A stretch of 64,000 bases of DNA. Source: an uncultured Myxococcales bacterium (GTDB lineage: Bacteria > Myxococcota_A > UBA9160 > UBA4427). The stretch spans positions 57,531-121,530 of the forward strand of contig CBFDDD010000002.1 of NCBI GenBank assembly GCA_965603475.1, in the 5' to 3' direction. Positions 57,414 through 64,000 of this stretch are shown here, one piece after another. Made by a program: the position numbers and the translations under genes. The notes under the pieces were generated by a model. That model was not told where the DNA came from. It worked only from the letters and a program-made list of their open reading frames with translations, and did not search any database. Within the stretch, counting starts at the first letter, position 1. Each line of letters starts with the position of its first letter.

Positions 57414-58868
57414 ATGGCCACCCGTGAACTAGACGCAGTGGTCGTCGGATCCGGGCCCAACGGGCTGGCAGCGGCGGTGGCGCTCGCCGAGGCGGGCGTG
57501 CGCGTGCGCGTCTTCGAACGGGAAGACGAGATCGGCGGGGGTACTCGGAGCGCCGAGCTGACGTTGCCCGGGTTCGTTCACGACGTCTGCTCCGCCGTCC
57601 ATCCGATGGGCATTCTGTCCCCGTTCTTCCGCCAGCTTCCGCTGGCCGAACACGGTCTCGAATGGGTGACGCCGGCGGCGTCGGTCGCCCATCCGCTCGA
57701 CGACCGCGATGCCGTGATGCTCTACCAGTCCCTCGACCGGACGTGCGACGGTCTGGGGAACGATGCTGCAGCCTATCGGCGACTCATCGAGCCGTTGCTC
57801 TCGTCGCCCCATGATCTTCTGGCCGACATTCTCGCGCCGCTCCGAATGCCGGACGGACCACTCCAGATGCTGCGCTTCGGCATTCGTGCGATCTGGTCAG
57901 CGAATAGGCTGGCGCGAATGGCTTTTCGCGAAGAACCCGCGCGCGCACTCTTCGCGGGATGTGCCGGACATTCGATCCTCCCGCTGAGCCAGCCATTGAC
58001 CTCGGCCCTTGGCGTGATCTTCTCTCTGACGGGCCATGTTGCAAGCTGGCCGGTCGCGAAGGGCGGATCGGGGGCGATCACTCGCGCACTCGCGTCCTAC
58101 CTTTTGAGTCTCGGCGGGTCGATCGAGACAGGGGTGTCGATTTCGAGTCTGAAGGACATACCCGATGCGGGCGCAATTCTATTCGATACCGATCCACGAC
58201 AACTTTCGACGATCGCCGGCGCCGCGCTTCCCGCTGGCTATCGCCGTCGGCTCGAGCGCTATCGCTACGGCCCCGGCGTCTTCAAGGTCGACTGGGCGCT
58301 GGACGGTCCGATTCCGTGGCGCGATCCTCGCTGTCTCGAAGCGTCGACCGTCCATGTCGGTGGCGGACTCGACGAGATCTGCGCTTCCGAACGCGACATG
58401 TACCAGGGGCGCCACTCCGATCGCCCCTTCTTGATCGTCTGTCAGCAGAGTGACTTCGATCCTTCGCGAGCACCGGAGGGCAAGCGCACGGGTTACGCCT
58501 ACTGTCACGTTCCCCATGGTTCCAGCGTCGATCGGACCGACGCGATCGAAGGGCAGATCGAGCGTTTTGCGCCCGGCTTCCGAGACCAGATCCTGGCTCG
58601 TCATACGATGGATACCGGGGACTTCGAGTCCTACAACCCGAATTACGTCGGCGGTGCGATCACCGGTGGTGTCGCCGACCTGTTTCAGCTCTTCACCCGC
58701 CCTGTGGCGAGGCTCGACCCCTACTCGACGCCGAATCCGCGTCTCTTCCTCTGTTCGGCGGCGACCCCGCCGGGCGGAGGTGTTCATGGCCAATGTGGCT
58801 ACTGGGCAGCACAAACGGCGCTTCGAAGGCTCTTTGGAACGGCCGGCACGATTGCTGGAGAGCGCTGA
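57414..58868 (+). CDS. Phytoene desaturase-like FAD-dependent oxidoreductase
   Basis: [34 protein letters not shown] and [16 protein letters not shown]. Confidence 0.88.
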   Translation: MATRELDAVVVGSGPNGLAAAVALAEAGVRVRVFEREDEIGGGTRSAELTLPGFVHDVCSAVHPMGILSPFFRQLPLAEHGLEWVTPAASVAHPLDDRDAVMLYQSLDRTCDGLGNDAAAYRRLIEPLLSSPHDLLADILAPLRMPDGPLQMLRFGIRAIWSANRLARMAFREEPARALFAGCAGHSILPLSQPLTSALGVIFSLTGHVASWPVAKGGSGAITRALASYLLSLGGSIETGVSISSLKDIPDAGAILFDTDPRQLSTIAGAALPAGYRRRLERYRYGPGVFKVDWALDGPIPWRDPRCLEASTVHVGGGLDEICASERDMYQGRHSDRPFLIVCQQSDFDPSRAPEGKRTGYAYCHVPHGSSVDRTDAIEGQIERFAPGFRDQILARHTMDTGDFESYNPNYVGGAITGGVADLFQLFTRPVARLDPYSTPNPRLFLCSAATPPGGGVHGQCGYWAAQTALRRLFGTAGTIAGER

Positions 58869-59011
58869 AGATCACTGAAGCGGGCTGACTATGCCTGACG
58901 ATGCCTGATGATGGCCCGATGATGGTCTGACGGTGCTTGGCTGCGCCTGACACGGACGCCTGGGAGCTTGTAAGATCCAGTCCCGATCGGACTCGACCCA
59001 AGGAGAACCGC

Positions 59012-60727
59012 ATGGCATACGATCTCGTGATTCGCGGCGGCAACATCATCGACGGGACCGGCGATCCTGCACACATCGGTGATGTCGCGATCCAAGACGG
59101 AAAGATCGTCGGCGTCGGGAGAGTCGAAGGCGGCGCCAAGCGCGAAATCGACGCGAGCGGCCTGGCGGTGACCCCGGGTTTCGTCGATATCCATACCCAC
59201 TACGACGGCCAGGCGACGTGGGATCCGCAGCTCGCGCCTTCCTGTTATCACGGTGTCACGACCGTCGTGATGGGGAATTGCGGAGTCGGCTTCGCGCCGG
59301 TGCGGCCGGGCAAGGAAGACTTCCTGATCGGCTTGATGGAAGGGGTCGAGGACATTCCGGGCGCTGCGCTGCACGAGGGGATGAACTGGTCCTGGCGAAC
59401 CTTCCCTGAATATCTCGACTCCCTCGAGCAGCTGAAGTTCACGATGGATGTCGGTACCCAGGTGCCTCATGGCTCTGTACGTGCCTATGTGATGGGACAG
59501 AGGGGGGCCGACAATGAGCCCGCGACGCCCGAGGACATCGAAGAGATGGCTGCGATCGTGAAGGAAGGGGTCGCAGCCGGCGCGCTCGGGTTCTCGACCT
59601 CTCGCACGATCGCCCACACGGCGATCACGGGAGAACCCGTTCCCGGGACCTTTGCTGCCGAGGATGAGCTATTCGGAATCGGCCGCGTACTCGGCGAGTT
59701 GGGGGAGGGGATTTTCGAAGTGGCGGGTGCGGGCGCGGCGGGCGAAGACATCGCCGCGCCGGCCAAGGAACTCGACTGGATGGTTCGGCTGTCCAGGGAA
59801 ATCCAGCGTCCGGTGACGTTCGCGATGCTGCAGGTCGATGCCGCGCCCGATTTGTGGCGTGAACTACTCGAGCGTTCGGCGGCGGCAGTCGAGGACGGTG
59901 CAGAAGTATTTCCGCAGGTCGCCGGCCGACCCTTCGGCTTGTTGATCGGTCATCAGACCGAGGTCCACCCGTTGGCGGCCTGTCCGAGCTTCGCGGCGGT
60001 GCTCGGGCTTCCGTTCGACGAGCGCATCGAGAAGCTTCGGGATCCTGAGACGAAGAAGAAGATTCTCGCGGAAGCGAACCCCGAGACTTCGATGCTACTG
60101 GCCCAGCTCGGTCGGATGTACCCGATGGGCAATCCGCCGAATTACGAGCCGAGCTACGAAGACTCGGTCGAGGCGATTGCGAAACGCGAGGGCGTGGACC
60201 CGATCGAGATGCTGTACGACCGGATGCTCGAACATGGCGGTCGAGAGCTATTCCTGGTGCCGCTGCTGAACTATTCCGAGGGCAATGCCGATCCGATCCG
60301 CGAAATGATGTACCACCCGCGCGCCGCTCTCGGGCTCGGTGACGGCGGTGCGCATTGCGGCATGATCTGTGATGCCTCGATCCAGACTTTCATGCTGACC
60401 CACTGGGTGCGCGATCGGACTCGCGGCGAGAAGATTCCGCTCGAATTCGCGGTGAAGCGGATGTCCAAGGACACCGCAGATCTCTACGGCCTGCGCGACC
60501 GCGGCACGATCGAGGTCGGCAAGAAAGCCGATCTCAACTTGATCGATCTCGATGGCTTGCGCCTCGAGCCGCCGGTCATGCTCCACGATCTGCCGGCGGG
60601 CGGCCGACGCTTCATGCAGAGGGCACGCGGCTACCGCGCGACGATCGTCTCGGGAGAAGTGACGATGGAGAACGACGAGCCGACAGGCGTCTACCCGGGT
60701 CGATTGATCCGAGGGCAGCAAGCCTGA
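59012..60727 (+). CDS. N-acyl-D-amino-acid deacylase-like amidohydrolase
   Basis: [33 protein letters not shown] and GDGGAH; AGGAG RBS. Confidence 0.9.
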   Translation: MAYDLVIRGGNIIDGTGDPAHIGDVAIQDGKIVGVGRVEGGAKREIDASGLAVTPGFVDIHTHYDGQATWDPQLAPSCYHGVTTVVMGNCGVGFAPVRPGKEDFLIGLMEGVEDIPGAALHEGMNWSWRTFPEYLDSLEQLKFTMDVGTQVPHGSVRAYVMGQRGADNEPATPEDIEEMAAIVKEGVAAGALGFSTSRTIAHTAITGEPVPGTFAAEDELFGIGRVLGELGEGIFEVAGAGAAGEDIAAPAKELDWMVRLSREIQRPVTFAMLQVDAAPDLWRELLERSAAAVEDGAEVFPQVAGRPFGLLIGHQTEVHPLAACPSFAAVLGLPFDERIEKLRDPETKKKILAEANPETSMLLAQLGRMYPMGNPPNYEPSYEDSVEAIAKREGVDPIEMLYDRMLEHGGRELFLVPLLNYSEGNADPIREMMYHPRAALGLGDGGAHCGMICDASIQTFMLTHWVRDRTRGEKIPLEFAVKRMSKDTADLYGLRDRGTIEVGKKADLNLIDLDGLRLEPPVMLHDLPAGGRRFMQRARGYRATIVSGEVTMENDEPTGVYPGRLIRGQQA

Positions 60728-60763
60728 GCCACCCTCGGATTCGACGACGCTATTGCGCGCGAA

Positions 60764-61783
60764 CTAGAAGAGGAAGTTCGCCTTTAGACCTGCGAAGGGA
60801 GCCGGGTCGTAATCATCATCCTTGATTCGTCCACCCGTCTTGCTCTCGACCCGCACGTTTCCGGCGAACGCCACACCCGCAAGAAAATCGATGGTGGTTT
60901 TCGGCGCGGGCTTCCATTTGACATTCAGGAAGAGGGGAACTTCGCTCTCCTGACCGACACCGCCGTCATCGTTTCGATTCGCACGGGGCGGGTTTCCTTG
61001 CACCCGGTTCTTGTCGTTGAGGCGATAGCGGCGAGTCTGGAACGAGATCCCGGCCCCTAGCGACACGTCCTCGCTGACCTGCCAGTTCAATTCGGTTCCT
61101 ACGCCGGGGTCGAAGACGGAGACCATCCCGATATTCCATCGCCAATCCTCGGCGAATTTCCATTTCATCGTCGGTATCGGGACGATGCCGACGGAATCCT
61201 CGAGGGCACTGAAGACGCCGACGATGAGGCCGATGGAAAAGTCCTGGTCAGGGTGGTAGTCGAATCCCATCACGACACCGCCGGTAATCGAATCTCCGTA
61301 GTCGGCGCCGCCTTCACCCCAGCTGCGGTAGATGGCTCCTCCGATCAGGCGCCATCGTTCATTCAAGTCGTGGCCGATGAGTCCACCCGCGACCATGCGA
61401 TGCACGTCATCCCATTGGTAGAAGGAGTTGCTATTTCCCCGAAAATTGTATGCGTGGAGCGTATAACCTCCGATAGCGATCAGGGACGTATTCTCGCCGA
61501 CGTCGAAACGATGACCCCCCATGAAAAATGCGTTGTCCCGGGACATGTCGGCCCCACCGTCCTCGACATCCGTCTTGAATTGATGGCCGTACTGGAGTGT
61601 GATGAAGCTCGGCGGGCCTTCCAGCTCGGCTGAAAGAATCGCGGGGATGTCTACGCCCTGGGCAGATGCGGATCCAGCGATTCCGCCGACGATCAACAGA
61701 GGTGCCATGGGAATGGCCAGAGCCAGGATCGCAACGAAGATCGCGCGTTTGAAGGTCTGCTTATGTTTCGGCAAATTCGACAT
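60764..61783 (-). CDS. Outer-membrane beta-barrel protein (DUF6268-like)
   Basis: Signal peptide; alternating aromatic beta-strands; C-terminal Phe (KANFLF). Confidence 0.7.
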   Translation of the reverse strand: MSNLPKHKQTFKRAIFVAILALAIPMAPLLIVGGIAGSASAQGVDIPAILSAELEGPPSFITLQYGHQFKTDVEDGGADMSRDNAFFMGGHRFDVGENTSLIAIGGYTLHAYNFRGNSNSFYQWDDVHRMVAGGLIGHDLNERWRLIGGAIYRSWGEGGADYGDSITGGVVMGFDYHPDQDFSIGLIVGVFSALEDSVGIVPIPTMKWKFAEDWRWNIGMVSVFDPGVGTELNWQVSEDVSLGAGISFQTRRYRLNDKNRVQGNPPRANRNDDGGVGQESEVPLFLNVKWKPAPKTTIDFLAGVAFAGNVRVESKTGGRIKDDDYDPAPFAGLKANFLF

Positions 61784-62089
61784 TTTGGATGAAGCTCCTT
61801 GCTTGCAGTTCAAAGGATTCGCGCTGGAAACGCCCCTACGAATTTCTATAAGTGATCGACCATGCCGCCATCATGTCAGAAGCGGAATGAGTGGATCGCC
61901 CGCACTTCAACTACATTAACATTAACGATATCAATCGATTGCGTAGTCAAGATGCCAGCTTGCATCACGGATTGTGCATCACGATCAATGTCCTTACCAC
62001 CCTCGCAGACCTATTTCAGTCGTCTCGCGGGTTTTAGGACGCAGTCTTCATCACGGATTGTCACAGACTGAGGCGAATAGGGACTACTA

Positions 62090-62500
62090 ATGCGACGAAT
62101 TGTTGCCTTGATTCTGGTGTTGCAGTGGGTTGCATGTGCGAGTCCCAAGCCTGTGCTCTATCCGAATGCCCATCTCGAGGCTGTCGGCGAGAAGGTTTCC
62201 CAACAAGACATCGACGCTTGTCTGGCGCTGGCCGACGCGGCGGATCTCGAATCGAACCAGGCCGCAGAGGCGGCCAAACACACAGCGGGTGGTGCGGCCG
62301 TGGGTACGGCGACGGGTGCTGTCGGCGGCGCGATCAGTGGGGGCGGGGCGGGCAAGGGTGCGCTCGTGGGTCTCGGGGTGGGATCGGTGGCGGGTTTCTT
62401 TTCCTGGATGTTCGGCAGCAAGAAGCCCGAACCCGTCTACGTCAACTATGTGAACATCTGTCTGAGCGAGCGCGGCTATCAGATCGTCGGCTGGAAATGA
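62090..62500 (+). CDS. Glycine-zipper lipoprotein
   Basis: Lipobox WVAC; GAAVGTATGAVGGAISGG...GLGVG glycine zipper; CL.ERGY..VGW tail. Confidence 0.8.
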   Translation: MRRIVALILVLQWVACASPKPVLYPNAHLEAVGEKVSQQDIDACLALADAADLESNQAAEAAKHTAGGAAVGTATGAVGGAISGGGAGKGALVGLGVGSVAGFFSWMFGSKKPEPVYVNYVNICLSERGYQIVGWK

Positions 62501-62529
62501 CCGGGCGCATGCGAAAGGCCGAGGCGAAT

Positions 62530-63114
62530 TCAGTCTGCACGTAATAGGAGGCGATCCCTCAGCGATTCGTCGGTGTATTCGCCGGACGCATAGCGTAGGG
62601 ATTTGCCCTGCACGACGAGGCTCTCGCGGTCGAACACGACACGGAGCCGATCGCTTCGTAGCTGGTATCCGCTCAAGATCAGTAGATCCTGACCGTTCGC
62701 AAAGGGAACCATGAAGGTGGCCAGCCGAGTCAGACCCTCGGCGAGACGCTCGACCAGGTTCGGGCGGAATTCATCGGGCTCTTCGGAGGGGTCGAAGAAA
62801 AAGCGCGGGACGGACAAGAGAAAGAGCGGGTCGACGCCCGGAATGATCTCCGAGGGAACGAAGAGGCGCGTATCCGTTCCTCGATGCCGCTTCCAGAGGT
62901 AGTCGAAGATCAGCGCCGAAGGCACATAGAACACCCGATCGGGCGGTCCGAGCGAAGTCATGACGTCCCCTCGGCGGTCCTGGCCGAGTTCGATCTCCTG
63001 GTAGCGGACGTGGCCGATGATGTTGTTCTCACGCACCTGGGATAGGTGGAGACGGCAGCCGCCGAGCATCGAGACGAGTACGATCCCGAGCGCAAGGCGC
63101 TTCGCGCGCGTCAC
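62530..63114 (-). CDS. Lipoprotein with BamE/SmpA-like motif
   Basis: Lipobox LGGC; GQDRRGDVMTSLGPPDRV. Confidence 0.6.
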   Translation of the reverse strand: MTRAKRLALGIVLVSMLGGCRLHLSQVRENNIIGHVRYQEIELGQDRRGDVMTSLGPPDRVFYVPSALIFDYLWKRHRGTDTRLFVPSEIIPGVDPLFLLSVPRFFFDPSEEPDEFRPNLVERLAEGLTRLATFMVPFANGQDLLILSGYQLRSDRLRVVFDRESLVVQGKSLRYASGEYTDESLRDRLLLRAD

Positions 63115-63536
63115 TTGTCGTCGTCGCCCCAGGGCGCGCCGTAGCGGGGCTTGTGCATGTCCAGTCGGGCGGCGATCTCCTCGACCAGACCGAAGTCGTC
63201 GAAGAAGATCACGACTTCGTCGTGGTTCACGTCCGTTCGCGCGCCGGAAAACAGGATCAGCGTAAAAAAGGTCGTCTTGCGGCGGCGTCGGGAGTATTTG
63301 TAGGCCCGTTCGAAGAGGGGGTCGTGTTCGAGATTCGAGTAGATGATCTCGTCCGGAGCGCCGAAGACCGAGGCGACGTCTCCACGCAGAGAGCCTCCGA
63401 CGACGATGGCGTCGACCTGTTCCTCAGTGAGGCTCGTCCCGTTCGTCGACTGGGATAGGACACAGCCGAGACTCGAAAACCCGACGAGTGCCGAGAACAG
63501 AAACAACCCGAGGACCGAACGGTTGAGACGCTTCAT
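63111..63536 (-). CDS. Lipoprotein with BamE/SmpA-like motif
   Basis: Lipobox SLGC; VVGGSLRGDVASVFGAPDEI...AYKY...VVIFFDDFGLVE. Confidence 0.65.
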   Translation of the reverse strand: MKRLNRSVLGLFLFSALVGFSSLGCVLSQSTNGTSLTEEQVDAIVVGGSLRGDVASVFGAPDEIIYSNLEHDPLFERAYKYSRRRRKTTFFTLILFSGARTDVNHDEVVIFFDDFGLVEEIAARLDMHKPRYGAPWGDDDK

Positions 63537-63631
63537 GATTGAGGTGAGTAGCAGAAAGTCGCGACGGACAAAGGTGTCACGCTCAGTCGACTCGAAAAGT
63601 TCGCTTGTCGAGGCGCCCGGTTCCATTACAT

Positions 63632-64000
63632 TCAGTTTGCGGCGAGCGTCGTTCTCGCGCGGGACTCGATCCAGCGCTTATAGCCGGCCGGGGGATAGAA
63701 AGTCAGCGTCAGCGCGGTCACGCAGGTGAGTCCGAGGAAGCTCTGGACGACCGCGACGGCGCCACGGGCGGGCGTAAACGGCTCATCCACCTCAAAGAGC
63801 AGGATGGACGAGACTTTTCCGACGACGACCAGCATCGCCGTGCCCGACCAGACCGACCAGAGCAGAAAGCGGTTCGTGACGACTGCGGTCGTGAGTCCGA
63901 GCGCTAGCTTGCGTACGCTGGAGCGGTAGTAGGCGAAGGAGTCTGCCATTGCCCAACCCAGCGCGACCACCGTGGTCGTGACGCCAAGCCAGAATGCGGG
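63632..64000 (-). CDS. Polytopic membrane protein, 3' part (open to the window edge)
   Basis: The frame stays open from 64000; hydrophobic helices; LALG...VVTNRFLLW; ends YPP..Y.RW. Confidence 0.6.
   Translation of the reverse strand, partial: PAFWLGVTTTVVALGWAMADSFAYYRSSVRKLALGLTTAVVTNRFLLWSVWSGTAMLVVVGKVSSILLFEVDEPFTPARGAVAVVQSFLGLTCVTALTLTFYPPAGYKRWIESRARTTLAAN

Noticed and set aside
1-64000. CRISPR arrays, tRNA/rRNA genes, IS transposases, integrases, phage genes
   Set aside because: No regularly spaced repeat-spacer array, cloverleaf with T-loop consensus, rRNA signature or transposase/integrase motif was seen by eye; tRNAscan/CRISPR tools were not run.

Overview
This is a GC-rich 64 kb chromosomal window from a Gram-negative bacterium (Pal, many lipoproteins, an LpxL-family acyltransferase). 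Gene content suggests a Myxococcota/deltaproteobacteria-like organism, which is inference only. About 58 CDS were identified. No rRNA, tRNA, CRISPR array, transposase or phage gene was recognised. Main content: (1) an 11-gene, ~13.5 kb co-directional lipid cluster (6039-19575) encoding a FabL-like enoyl reductase, FabH, FabA, FabG, FabZ, FabF-type KAS, ACP, a PlsC-like acyltransferase, a PPTase, a single-chain 1873-aa acyl-CoA carboxylase and an LpxL-like acyltransferase, but no FabD; (2) split FO synthase genes cofG-cofH; (3) a divergent 600-aa DnaA homologue lacking the Arg finger, with an altered DNA-recognition helix and no dnaN/gyrB context, near a stand-alone Lon N-domain gene and a WLM/YgjP-like metalloprotease; (4) thiC with a TPP riboswitch that has an extended P5 and an upstream half-aptamer-like segment; (5) housekeeping genes aroC, rnhA, ychF, tgt, pyrF and fatty-acid/redox enzymes; (6) a 389-bp intergenic element (55269-55657) made of two inverted 138-nt copies, each folding into a multibranch structure with compensatory changes between the copies. 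The strongest candidates for something undescribed are the nested palindromic element, the DnaA paralogue and the self-contained lipid cluster.
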